Source: Chiloscyllium plagiosum
Lineage: Eukaryota
Direction of reading: 5' to 3'
DNA: 64,000 nucleotides
NCBI RefSeq assembly: GCF_004010195.1
Contig: NC_057719.1
Coordinates: 34,569,692 to 34,633,691, forward strand
Made by a program: the position numbers and the translations under genes
In this document: one piece after another, positions 26,146 to 38,690 of the stretch
Position numbering within the stretch: position 1 is the first letter of the stretch
How the letters are laid out: each line of letters opens with the position of its first letter
The notes under the pieces: generated by a model
The model's input: only the letters and a program-made list of their open reading frames with translations
Database searches by the model: none
What the model was told of the DNA's origin: nothing

Positions 26146-29009
26146 GAATGGTGAAAAGTGACAGTGGCAGCAGCTTGCAGTCTTCACCTCTACATATCAA
26201 TGAGCCCCCAATTATCATATTCTCTCCTAGTGGGACCTTCCCATCAACTCCATAGACTTTGCATCTAACCTAGTCTTCACCGAACCCATCGACATAATCC
26301 TGTACCTGCCTGCCTTTCCCATCCTTCTTTACCATTCCCCCTGCCTTACAAATACTGTTATGCCCCCCTGCCATGTCACAACTATCGTTCACCCCTTTCC
26401 CTCCCCCCAGCTTACAGCACCCAATCCTCACAAATATGTTACGAGCTTCCTTCCTTTGTATTTATCCACAGTCTCCCTTTCCTTAATTTTTTCTGATGGA
26501 CAGATCATTGTCCAATCTCTTGAGCAACCTAACTGCATAGCTTTAAGGTGAGATGCGCCCAGACCCCTGACTGAGGCTTATCCACCTCTGTGACTGTGTT
26601 AGCAATATCTCCCAGGACTAGCCACTTCAGAACCACAGGATTGACTGCAACCCACTCCCTGAACTAGAGAAATATGGATCCCCTGACCAAGGACACCCTA
26701 ATATTGTCAATCCTCTGGACTGATATCTGAAGCCATTCTTGACTTACTGCGCTGGGACCTCCCTTCTGATGGGTACCTCCATAGACTTCAGTAAGACCTA
26801 CTCCCCTAAGACCATGAGACATGGTTGTTTGCTCGCTGCCATTGCCATGTATTTGCTGCATCAGCCGCTGGTACATGGAGCAAATAAAACACTGCTGTAC
26901 AGCAAGGTGTCCATTCCTTGACTGAGGACTGCTGAGTGGCAACGTGAGCTGCCTCGTCATGTTACCCCACAAATAGGCAAAGCAAGGCAAGGGATGGCAG
27001 GGATACTGTCAGCATACATATAGGCACTATGTGTGGGAGCACTACGGGAGCAAGTGAGTGGCCCTGATGTGCAGCCTGAGGATCCTAAAGGATTGGAGAA
27101 TATCAGATGCAGTGTCCACAGATGAGGGCTGTGCAAGGCTGGTGCCCACGGTTGGACACCGGAGAAGCTATTATGTGGTGAGCAACATGGAGGCTCTTCA
27201 TGGCCAGTGATGAGCTGGAGGCCAGCTCCAGAGCTGATGCAGTCAGGGGAAGGTTCAGGTACCCACTCTGACTTCTGTGTCGAGAATTCTAGCATCTAGT
27301 TTGCTCCTGGCAGGATAGGGAGCTGCATTGTAATGAAGCAAGATCTGCAGTTGATAAGGCCATTAACAAGCAATAATCCCCTTTAATAGGCAACTGGCAG
27401 TCCCTTAGTGAGAGTTTCATTTTAATTTCCATTTAATTTCATTTTTAAAAATGCAGCAAGCTGCTCCCGGGTCAACATAGGCATCACAGGGCCTTTGACA
27501 TGGCTCTGCTATATTCCCATATTATTCAGGTTCATATGAGATTCCATCCATTTTTACTGCAGTCAAGTAGTCAGAAAGAATGTTTCAGTCATAAGGGAGG
27601 ATCCAGCCAATCATCAGAAGGAGAGAGCTGTAAGCAACACAAGCTGTCCACTTTGAGGTAAGCATTTATTTGGAATATGTTTGGACACTGTATTGCTGAA
27701 ACTCTTTTTTGCTTTGGGTAGACCAAGAAGGGAATTGTATTTCCAATGGACTAAAAAGGACATTGCGTTGTTGTTTAAATCTATTCATGATTTCATTTTC
27801 TTTCCCCTCTTCTTTCCATTAATAAATGACCTTGTTTAACTCAAAAGGTTTGTAGGTGATTCATTCATTATTTCCTTTACAGTTCGTTGTTCAAAATGCA
27901 GCAAATCTTCTCAGAAATCCATTATATTAGTATTCTTAAATACAGGAGGATCAGTTGAATGGTTTTGAAATTAAGCCGCACAAGTAACAATTTTCTACAT
28001 ATTTTCCTTGTGGAATAAACATAAATAAGAGGACCTTTTATTTGAAAGGGTGCATTTAACACACATCCTACTTAGTAGCTGTGAACCATAGCTGGTGAGT
28101 AATGTTCATACGTGAAATGCATAATAGCCTCACTAAGGGAGAAGAAAATACGTAATCAGGTTTGAAATGACTCGAGGTGCAATTTCCCAATTTTTCAGCT
28201 GGTTGCCTTTTGCACCAATCAGCCCCTGGGCTGGAGAATAAAAAAATATGTTTGTTGAAGCTGTTAATGGAGAAAGAGTGTTTTTAAGCCATCTCCTTTC
28301 ACGTGCAGTTTAACAATACAGTTTTGTATGTTACTTTTGTTTTATTTCCTCAAACTAACTCTGTACTGCTTTTGTAGATTTCACTCAAGTAATATTTTTA
28401 GCGCGTCCTCATTGTAATTAATGTTAAAGTCCACTATAAAATAGCTGGTTATTGTTTGCTAATTCACTAGAGACTTGACAGTAATTGAAGCGGATGGAAT
28501 GTGTGCTGTGCTGGGATGTGGATATGCATAATAATCGATAGAGTTGGCATTAGCCAGTGACATATGGCACAGGTTAGCAGGCAGTGCTTTGTGGTTTGTA
28601 TATCAGGAGAACACTTGATAGGTAGCACTGTTCAATCATTTCACCTTGGCAGCTTCTTTGCACCATCCTCTGCATCAGTTCTCCAGCCTTGCAGGAAGTC
28701 TGAATGCTCCCATCACCTGCAGTGACGTTCTCTGGAGAAGATGGTTTGAAATGTCAAATATATGCTGATGGATAAATGAGGCAACATCATGGCTATTTCA
28801 GGCTCGCAGCTGACAAACAATACGTTCACAACAATCGGATGCCACTGACTTTTGAAACACAACTGGGAAAGAAATTATATCAGCGGCTGAATGTTCGGGT
28901 CCCACTGGTATTCGGAAGTTGAGGCAGATACCTCCCAAAGATAATGAGGTCTGTGGTAAGCAGCAGCCTGATATTAGTCATTTGGGCCAATGCAGAGATT
29001 TAAATTGAT

Positions 29010-29520
29010 CTGAGAAAAAGCAAGGGCAAAGTGAGGAAAAACCTTGTCATTTCCCCAGCGACTAGTGGAGTTTGGAGTGCACTGCTTGAAAGTGTGGTGG
29101 AGGCAGGTTCAGTTGAGGGGTTTCCAAGAGGCACGAGATGATTATTTGGAGAAACCTCCAAGGGTATGAAGAAAAAAACAGGAGAATGGCACTAGACAGT
29201 GATGGTCATTTTGACAGTGATAGGCTGAATGGTCTCTTTCTGCACCATTGCTACAAATTGAGGGGTGATAGATTTAAGACAGATGTCAGAGGCAGGTTCT
29301 TTATGCAGAGAGAGGTAACGGCGTGGAATGCCCTACCTGCTAATGTAGTCAACTCAGCCACATTAGGGAGATTTAAACAATCCTTAGATAAGCTCATGGA
29401 TGATTTTGGGATAGTGTAGGGGGACGAACTGAGAAAAGTTCACAGGTCGGCGCAACATTGAGGGCTGAAGGGCCTGTTCTGCGCTGTGTTGTTCTATAAC
29501 ATTTCTGTGATTCTGTGAAT
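29010..29520 (+). mobile_element. Two nested CR1-like 3' ends (younger 29251-~29497 inside the tail of an older one)
   Basis: YKLRGDRFKTDVRGRFFMQREVTAWNALPANVV follows an older 3' end (VWSALLESVVEAGS); the older (TTCTGTGA)n tail resumes after 29497. Confidence 0.8.
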
Positions 29521-30289
29521 AAAAAGGCTGCCAAGCTCTGTCAGGAAGAAAGACAATTACGCTCTTTAAACACACTGTTGAGCAGGTGTAAAGAGGCTGA
29601 CTGGGTTCTTCAAGATAACTTCCAGTTTATTTGCCTAAGATGGGCGCTAGGCTGTTCCTCCATGTCTGCCTGGATTGAGTACAGCCAAAAGCCACCTGAC
29701 CTTCCTACACCTCCAGCTTTGAGACTCTGGCTGCCACTTGTAATTAGAAGGGATCACGATATATCAACATAAATTTTTGACATTAATCATTTACCACTGA
29801 AAGCAGATTCAGGAACTGAAAGCAGTGTTGACTAGTATTTCCCATCTCCAGAGGGAAACTTCACCCCAATATCCTAACAGTCATACAGCAGTGTTCGGCC
29901 ATTTCTTAAGTTATCACTGCTTTCCATAAGGAGATTCAATGTTTTAAGAACTACATAATAAGCTCATGAAAACATAGAGATCCACTGTTATTCCTGCAAT
30001 ACCTATGTTCTGTATCAACTGTACTCAGATACTATTGATCTATTTTGCAGAGAATGTGTATTTAATCAGTAAAGATGACCATTCTTAAAAGGCACTAATT
30101 ATGCGCATTGTTTACTGTTACTTACGGGACTGATATCTTCTTGCCAATCCTAAATTAACTAGGATTTTCGTTAAAGCAATTGAAAGATGGATTTCTGTGA
30201 ACTCTACATCATTGTCTTTTTGTTACTTATTTTACTTTATTCTTTTGTGAGAAATAGAAACAATGGTTTGAAACAAAGGGAACAATGGC

Positions 30290-32755
30290 AAAGTTCCTAA
30301 TTTATCGACTGGAAAAGTGGATTTAAACAGAAGCCAAAAACATCTAAAGACAATTGGCAAATAATGTTAAGGAATGGATCAATAGCAATTCAGTGGGAAA
30401 TGTTTAAGGGGATGTTACAGAATTTGCAGAATGGTTACATTCCAAAATGAAACAAAAGATTCCAAGGAAAGGACCACCATATGTGCTTACCTAAGAATAG
30501 TTCAAAATAGCATCTGTTAAAAAAAAAAGCATAGTTATTGTCAAGATGAGATGCAGGTCATTAGATTGGATCAAATATACAAAACAGCAAAATAATTCAA
30601 GGACTATTAAGGACAGAAAAATGAGACTATAACAGACAATAACCTGGAAATATAAAAAGAGTTAATAAGAATTCCTATAGATATTTCACAAAGTAAAGGG
30701 TAAATAACGTATGCATTGCTCCTATAGAACATGTGTCTGGGGAATTAATAACGGAAAATAAAAGGTGAATTGAACAGGTGTTTTGCATAAGTATTCACTA
30801 TACAAGAAGCAAGTAGCACTCAAAATGTAATTGTAAATTAGGCAGTGGAGAGCAGCAAGGAATTCAAGAAAACAACAATTACCAGGTCATTGGTACTGAG
30901 AAAATTGTTGGAACTGCAATTTGAAATATCCTGGGTCTGGTGGATTTCGTCCTAGGATCTGAAAAGAAATGGTTAGTGTGACACTTGATACATTTGTTTT
31001 CATTTTCCAATGTTCCCTAGATTTGGAGAAGGTTCCTGTGGATTAAAAATAACAAATGTAACTGCTCTGTTCAAAATGGAGAGTCAGAAAGCAGGAAACT
31101 ACAAACCAATTACCTTAAGATTTGCCAAAGCGAATAGTGGGAAGGTATTGTTAAGTCATTATAGTAGAGCCATTAGAAACGTATAGGCAGGATCAAAATG
31201 GTTCTGTGGAAGGAAGAACATGTTTGATCAATTTATTGGAATTCTTTCAGAAAATTACAAGTGCTGAAAATAGAGAATACCAGTAGATATATTGCACTTA
31301 GTTTACAAGATTAGGTAAGGTGCCACATAAAAACATTTTGCAGAAAATAAAAGCTTATTAGATTAAATTACATACAATGTGGAAACAGGCCCTTTGGCCG
31401 AACAAGTCCACACTGACCCTCCGAAGAGCAACCCACCCAGGCCCATTTCCCTACATTTACTCCTTCACCTAAGACTACGGGCAATTTAGCATGGCCAATT
31501 CACCAAACCTGCACATTTTTGGACTGTGGGAGGAAACCAGAGCAAACCCACACAGACATGGGGAGAATGTGCAAACTCCAGACAGACAACTGCCTGAAGC
31601 AGGAATTGAAACCGGGTCTCTGGCGCTGTGAGGCAGCAGTGCTAACCACTGTGCCACCCTGCTGCCCAAATGGTGTAGGGGATAAAATGTTGGCACAGAA
31701 AGAAGATTGGGTTCACTAAAAGTAAACAGAGATTAGACATATATGGGTCATTTTCTAGTTGACAAGATTTACAGAGTGTTGAGTCACATGGATCAGTGGG
31801 CATCAACATTTTACAATTTATAGAAATGCCTCAGATAAAGAAATTGAAAATATACTTGCTAAATTTACTGATGATCCATAGATAGTAGGGGTATAGGTTG
31901 TGAAAAGGACATAAGTTCACTATAAAGATTTATAGATGGGTTAACATAGTGAAGTAAAATCAAACAAGTGGGGCTTAATGTGGGAAAATGTGTAATTTAC
32001 AGGAAACATTCAAATGAAACATGTTATCTAAATGGTGAAGGATTGCACAGTTCTGAGATGCAGAGAGGTCTGGGTGTCCTTGTGTATGAGTCACAAACAA
32101 ATGCAAGGACAGTAAGTGATTAGGCAAGCTAATAGAATGTTATCATTTATTGCAATGGAAATTGACTACAAAAATAGAAAGGTTACACAACAGTTATGCA
32201 GGTCATTATTGAGAACACATCTGGAGTACAGTATGCAGTATTGGTCCGCTTAGTTAAGAAAAGATGTAAATGTATCGGAAACAATTCAGAAATTTACTAG
32301 ACTAATTCCTGAAATGGATAGGTCTTCTTATGAGGAAAGGTTGCCTATTAGAGTTTAGAAGACTGAGGCATGAATTGAATGAAACATGTAAGATTCTGAA
32401 GTGTTTGACAGGTGAATGTGGAGAGGATGTTTCTGCTGGTGAAAGAACCTAGAACTGGCGTCACTCTTTAAAATTAAGGGGTCACCCATTTAAAATGGAG
32501 ATGAGGAGAAATATTTTCTCATGGAGGGTGATGAATCTTTGTAAATCTCTTCCATAAAAGCCAGTGGAGGCAGAGCCTTTGAATATCTTTAAAGATATAT
32601 TAGATGTACACGAGAGGGTGAAAGGGTGGTTGAACCCTTTATCAGGGGTAAGCAGGAATATGGAGCAATCTGATCAAACACAATCTTTTTGAGTGGCTGA
32701 ATGGACTTGAGGGGCCTGGTGGTCTATCTTCGACCCTTAATTTGTGTGTTCATAT
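30290..32755 (+). mobile_element. Decayed CR1-like LINE ORF2 (~2.1 kb), interrupted by HE1
   Basis: Remnants of the SPGPDG..PR.LKE motif, IFQCSLDLEKVP, NVTALFK, QKAGNYKP, LAKFTDD, HLEYSMQYWS, NLCKSLP. Confidence 0.8.
31358..31667 (-). mobile_element. HE1 SINE
   Basis: High similarity to 25052-25370. Confidence 0.95.
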
Positions 32756-33310
32756 GTACATAACTAGAGCCGGAATTTGATAAGTTTATGAGTTTTGAAA
32801 AAGTACTACTTTTTAAAAATTTTGTAATTTTATGAGTTCACAGTTAGAAGGTTACAATACATTCCCAGGATGGTTCCTGAAAAATTTAATATTGCTGTAT
32901 CTGGAACAATGGAAGTAAAAAACCATGTCAGTTTTGTCCCAAACAGCATCCTAAAGAGCTGTAGAAATTTACTCCTTAAAAGTTAGTAGCTGAATTATTG
33001 CAGGAAACGTGGCAACTAAGCTGCTGTAATTCTCAGTGAGTTTATGACCAGCCATTCCAGTTAGCATTTTCAGTTGTAGAAAAAAACATGAACCCAGGAA
33101 TAAAGAATGCCTGGGTTAACTCCTCACTCTTCTAATTAAATTATACCACAGACTTTTTTTTTAACATCCTTCTTAAAAGACATCTGGGGACTCTGTGGTG
33201 ATTGTAATGAGGTCAGCCAGGTAGACTTCATAGAATATGCGATCCCTGATTGGAGCTGTTAATCTCGTCCAATCAGGGAGCCCTGACTGGCAGATAAAAA
33301 CAGGAATGCT

Positions 33311-33627
33311 TTCAGGGAGAGGTGGGTGCCGCAGGGAATGGAGTGCATCATTTCTCCCTCCAACTCTATTTTGATTTAGTCCCTACCCTCCCCCTCACTG
33401 TTTTGATCACACAGCACTGCCCTTTGATGTGAAGGGCAGTGTTTGTCACTGGCCACCCGGGTGTTTTCCTATCTTCCTGGTGGTGGCATTTGAATAAAGA
33501 TTCGTGCACTTTGTGTCCTTCACTGTGTCTCACACCTGCACACACACACACCATGGGTGCTGGGGAAAAAATAAGCACTACCGCACTTAGGTGGTAGTGT
33601 GGGGGTTAAAAACAAAGAAAAAAAAAG
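33311..33627 (+). mobile_element. Tx1-like LINE 3' end, copy 1
   Basis: Encodes FRERWVPQGMECIISPSNSILI* (33311-33379), which resembles a Tx1-clade ORF2 C-terminus; 3'UTR, A-rich tail; 17-bp TSD AAAAACAGGAATGCTTT at 33296-33312 and 33628-33644. Confidence 0.75.
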
Positions 33628-33635
33628 AAAAACAG

Positions 33636-33921
33636 GAATGCTTTATTCATCCCCCCGACTCTATTTTGATTTAATCCCTGTCCTCCCCTCCACCTTTTGA
33701 TGACTCAACATTGCCCTGTGTTGAGAAGGGCACTACTTGTCACTGGCCACTCGAGTGTTTCCTTTCTTCCTGATGATGGTGGAATATAAGTAAAGATTTA
33801 TACACGTGTTTTTCACTGTGTCCGACACCTGCACACATGACAAGGGTGCTAGGGAAAAATAAGCACTACCGTTGTCAGGTGCAAGTGTGGGGAATAAAGA
33901 AAAAAAGAAAAATAACCGAAC
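33636..33921 (+). mobile_element. Tx1-like LINE 3' end, copy 2
   Basis: ECFIHPPDSILI*, homologous 3'UTR, A-rich tail followed by AAACAGGAGTGTCAG of the LTR. Confidence 0.75.
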
Positions 33922-34034
33922 AAACAGGAGTGTCAGAGGTTCTGTTCACTCTGAGAGCTGGCTTTGAGAGAGCTGAATCTGTGTGTGAAGAACTCTCCAC
34001 TTTTCTGTGTTAAAGAGAAGAGACTGAAAAAAAA

Positions 34035-34304
34035 GGAATGCTTTATTTCCCCCTCTCCCCAACTCTGTTTTGATTTAATCCTTGCCCTCCCCTTCACTTT
34101 TTGATGACTCAGTATCGCCCTGTGCTGAGAAGGGCACTGCTTGTCACTGGCCACTTGAGTGTTTACTTTCTTCCTGATCGTGGAATACGAGTAAAGATTT
34201 CTGCACTCTTTCTTCACTGTGTCCGACACTTTCACACACACAACATGGTTGCTGGGGAAAAATAAAGTAAAAACAAAGAAGAAAAAGGAAAAAAAAAGAA
34301 GAAA
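34035..34304 (+). mobile_element. Tx1-like LINE 3' end, copy 3
   Basis: ECFISP...SVLI* with an indel, homologous 3'UTR, A-rich tail followed by AAACAGTAGTGTCAG. Confidence 0.75.
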
Positions 34305-35459
34305 AAACAGTAGTGTCAGATATCCTGTTCACTCTGAAAGCTGGCTCTGAGGGAGCTGGATCAGTGTCAAGGACTTTCCATATATAAATAAAGAGTGGCT
34401 TGGTGACAGGATATTGGCCTCTGTGGCATTATTTCAGACTCAGGTTAATGTCTTATCGGAAAACCATTCTTCGGACAATGTAACATCACCAGTCTGAACC
34501 TTTGCAACCTAGTCTATTTAAGGGATAAGGAGGACGCTTGGAGCGATTGAAGATGGATGGTCATGGAGCACATAATGACCTTTCGTCTCTTTATTGTTCC
34601 ATACCGTCCTTTTTATTTCTTAAAAGCTTCCCAGCTTCAAATCAAGTTAAGTATTCGGATAAGCTGATAAACTCCAATTTATTCTTTGTAGGAACATGAT
34701 GGATGCTGAGTTGGCAATCCTCCATTTGTTTGAAAATGACAAATGTTATGGTGAATAAAATCTGGATTCTAATCCCTCTTTTAAAAATGAATACAAAGAA
34801 GCCCTGGCAAATTCCTATGTTAAGTGCTTAAAAATCTAATTTCTGTATCCACAGAGCTAGATAAAGGAGTGTGATTCAGGTCACTCTGCACAAAAAGTGA
34901 AGCAGCAACTAATTACATAATTTTTATCTGAATTAATCAGAGAGCAGCAGCAGCAGCAGTGAGTCTCCAAGTTTCAAAAACCATAACTTTTGTGTGGAAT
35001 ATCAACACCAAAATCTTTTAAACATTGTTCAATGAAGCAATATGTTTTCTGTCACAATTCATGAAGAATTTATACTCCTTGGAAATAATGTGATGTGCTG
35101 CTTAGCCGTCGCTGCAATCTGTCATGTCTATACATTTTAATACTGCTCACTTTCGATAATAAGTAGCGGAATAAACAAAACTCTGCTGAACTGGGTTACG
35201 AGGTTCAGACCAAGTATAGAGCTGTTGCCAGAGCAAACATTTATGTTTCAGAAAGCTTCATCAAAAAGATATGGTTTGTTTCTGGATGGTCCATTTGTTA
35301 GTAACATTCCATTTGTCTTGAATGAAGAAATAATGGGCTGAAACATACTTTTTATTTTCGTCAACACTGAGTTGCGTTAGATTTTCTGGAAAGGTTTGCA
35401 AAGTGAGGTGTCTCTTACCAAATCCACGTCATTAACTGTCTGCCCTATATCACGCTTCA

Positions 35460-36760
35460 CATCCAATTCTGGCCCATCTTACCACATGCTGTTGCCAGAA
35501 CAATTTGCCATTCAGTGGAAAGCCACCAACATCACTTGTATCCACATCATCTTTAAAAAAAACCTCTCTTCACCTGGTGGAGCACTGCCTGCCCACTCAC
35601 TCAAGGATGTTTGCAGAAAAAGATCGGAAGAGGGGAAGATGATGCTGTAATGATCATTCAGGGATCCAGAGGTCCTAATTGAAGGGCAGGTACAAAAGAG
35701 GTCCACCTTCTTTCTGGAAGACCAACAAAGGAGGCTGTGCCACCAGACCCTGTCAGCCTGATCCAGGCTGACCACTCAGATCAAAAATTATGCCATGTCC
35801 ATGGTGTGGAGGAATGTCGGCAGTGCCATAAGAAACTCAATCACTTTCCCCACTCCACCAAGGTAAGTGCCACACTCTTTCTTCTGTCACCTCACACTCC
35901 CTCTGTCTTTGCTACTGCACACAAATCCCATCAAGGCTAATGCATTTCCATCATCACTGAACTTTGAAATACCTTCCCTCACTCTCTGCTATACCCTCCC
36001 AATATCCCACACCATTAACCCAGTATGGCCTCTTTACTGCTTCCTCACTCCCTCGGAACATCCCATCTCCTTTTAACCAGCTACACTAAGGCTAACAGCT
36101 TTACCATGCACTTCCTCCCTTACTCGCATCACAGGAGAAGACCATAATAAGGCAGAGAGGATCTATAGGGGTAGAGGGGTGTTTAATACTAAGCTCCTCA
36201 GCCACTACAAGGAGAAAATCCCGGCCCTCGCACGAGAAAACTGGAATGACTCCTGTGGGGATGCTGAAATATCCGTGTCCCACCAACTGAGTAGTCTTCA
36301 TTACACTGTGGCTCTCACATTAACCCCACTGTCAGTATCTTTCATTGCACACCACAGCTGGCCACAAAGCCATTCTTCTCTCTTCTTGATCTTGCAGGTA
36401 CAACCAGTATTTTCATGGAGACATACCTAAGTCTCCCACAAGCCACCTTCTTAACCTTTTGAGGGTGAGAATATCGAAAGCTCAGAGGAAGCATCAGCAA
36501 GGCACACCACCTCCCAACCACCAGCACTCGCCCAGATAAGACATCGTGGTGGCAAGGTTAAGCTGAGAAAATGTGGAACCACAATCTGGTGAACAATTCA
36601 CTACGATGTCTATCAAGAAAGACACACCCCGGGCCTCTGGCATTTTCACAGAAAACTCACAGAGACTAGGCATTTACTCAGTCGCAAGTAGTGCTATCAA
36701 CAATCAGCAACCTGGTCAGAATGTACAGGGAGGAACAGGAATGGCAGGCAGCAAGTTGGG
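35460..36760 (+). mobile_element. Decayed Harbinger-type Myb/SANT gene with introns
   Basis: FRDPEVLIEGQVQKRSTFFLEDQQRRLCHQTLSA*...QCHKKLNHFPHSTK, donor GTAAGT at 35863; acceptor CAG at 36134 then EK..HNKAER..GRGVFNTKLLSHYKEK. Confidence 0.65.
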
Positions 36761-36774
36761 ACACAAAAGCTGCA

Positions 36775-37270
36775 ACAATGCAGAGAATCTCTCAACTTCA
36801 TTTTCCTGCCTTCTCCCCTTAACCTTTTATCTCCTTTATCCAGTTGTCCTCTGCTGGTGTTTAAAGGTTTCCCAATCCTCTGGCTTCCCAATAATCCTAC
36901 CGACATATCATGCTTTTGCTTCTGCTTTTATGCTGTCCCTGACTGCCCTTGTCAGCCATGGTTACCTTGTCCTCTCCCTTGTATGTTTCTTCTTCATTGG
37001 GATGAATTTCTGCTGTGCCTCCTGAATTACCCCCAAAAACCCCTGCTATTGCGCTCCCACCATTTTCCATGCTAGGTTCCCTTCCAATCAACTCTGACTG
37101 ATGTGTTTGTAGATATATTAATTCAATTCTGATCCCACTTTCTTCCCCTCAAACTGCAGGGTGATTTATATCACATTATGATCACTTTCCCCAGGAGTTC
37201 GTTCAACTTAAGCTACCTAATTAAGTCTGCATCATTCCACATCATCAAATTCAGAATTGCCTCTTCTACC
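36775..37270 (-). mobile_element. CR1-like ORF2 internal fragment (endonuclease end and linker)
   Basis: Minus strand EEAILNLMMWNDADLIR, followed by a frameshifted LG.SDHNVI motif. Confidence 0.65.
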
Positions 37271-37493
37271 CCATTGCACACTTTTGTTTTGCAGCACAAT
37301 GGAAGGTGACAGTGAGCCCTCCAGGGGCTCAGTGGCTTACAGCCTCCATCGGAATGTATCAGTAATCCCCCAAACCCTTCCCATTTGTCCTTCCTGTGAA
37401 CCCCAAAGGCTTCGCACCTCCCCAGGTCTCCACCCGACCTGTTAACATGAGTTCAAGCGTTCAGCAAAAAGATGCCAAATATATTACCCTTTG

Positions 37494-38004
37494 AATGTAG
37501 GCTTGCTTGCTGAACTGGAAGGTTCAGTTTCAGATGTTTTGTCACCATATCCAATCTCATCATCAGTGAGCCTCTGGATGAACAACTGGTGGTATGGCCT
37601 GCTTTTTATTTATGTGTTTAAGTTTCCTTGGATTGGTGATGTTTCCTAGGAGAAGCCAAACAGAGACACGCACGAGAATTCCTAGAAGCATGGCATTCTA
37701 ACCGGAATTCTATCAACAAACACATTGACTTGGATCCCATTTACCACCCCCTGAGAAAAAGAACAGGAAATGGCATCACCAACCCAAGGAAATGGCATCA
37801 CTAACCCAAGGAAATGACATCACCAACCCAAGGAAACCTAGACACATAAATTAAAAACGGACCATATCACCAGTGCTTCATCCGAAGCCTCACTGGTGAT
37901 GTTACCTAGTACAGTGATGAAATGTCTGAAACTGAACCTTCCAGCTCAGCAAGTAAACTTATATCCAGAACCTCAAACTGAGCTACAAATCTTCTCAAAA
38001 CTCG
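37494..38004. mobile_element. Poseidon-type Penelope 3' end with inverted terminal repeat
   Basis: LGEAKQRHAREFLEAWHSNRNSINKHIDLDPIY (GIY-YIG C-terminus, +); inverted copy of the terminus at 37494-37645; three 22-bp tandem units AGGAAATGGCATCACCAACCCA; TSD-like 13-mers at 37481-37493 and 38005-38017 (2 mismatches). Confidence 0.85.
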
Positions 38005-38291
38005 ATTTTACCATTTGCTAAAGCCACAATGGGCAGAATCTTATAAGAGTGAGCTGGGGTGAGATGTGCAGCCAAATCAGACAAGAATCCCCAGACAGTC
38101 CCTGGTAGCTGCGATATGTCAGTGTAGTTATACACTGCACTCCACCTCGAAGCCAGGATGCTGCTGACTCTGGGTGAACTTTCCTCCTACATGGCCCTAT
38201 TCCCAGCCTTGTTTTAGCGCATCCCCGTTCGTACCATTTAGTTCCTGTGGACAGAGCATATGGACTGACCATGGTCTACCCCTTTGGCCTT

Positions 38292-38690
38292 TAGAACAAT
38301 ACAGCATAGTACAGGACCTTCAGCGCTCAATGTTGTGCTGGCCTTTTATTCTAAGATCAGACTAACCTACCTACCCTTCATTGTACTATCTTCCATGCGC
38401 CTAACCAAGTGTTGCTTAAATGTCCCTAATGTATCTGACTTTACTACCACCGCTGGCAGTGCATTCCATGCACCCACCATTCTCTGAGTAAAGAACATAT
38501 CTCTGACATTTCCAGTAACCTTTCTCCAATTACCTTAATATTACAACCCATAGTGATAGACATTTCCGCCATGGGAAAAAGTCTCTGTTATCCACCTTAT
38601 CTATGCTTCTCATCATCTTGTACACCTCTATCAAGTCACCTCTCATCTTTCTTCACTCCAATGAGAAAAACCCTAGCTCCCTCAACCAAG
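38292..38690 (-). mobile_element. CR1-like LINE 3' fragment
   Basis: Minus strand MFFTQRMVGAWNALPAVVVKSDTLGTFKQHL; tail CTGTACTATGCTGTATTGTTCTA. Confidence 0.85.

Larger units (their letters stand above)
33194..34436 (+). mobile_element. Solo LTR (TG...CA) carrying three LINE insertions and an internal duplication
   Basis: 5-bp TSD GACTC at 33189-33193 and 34437-34441; LTR parts match 10632-10866; segment ~33922-33999 is repeated (diverged) at ~34305-34381. Confidence 0.8.

Noticed and set aside
26500..27350. Possible distal part of a Harbinger Myb element (also 63520-64000 and 864-1300)
   Set aside because: GC-richer, decayed coding-like texture, but no motif I could anchor with confidence.
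28802..28955. Possible exon (TTTCAG ... GTAAGC)
   Set aside because: All three frames contain stops and no known peptide was recognised; a non-coding exon cannot be excluded.
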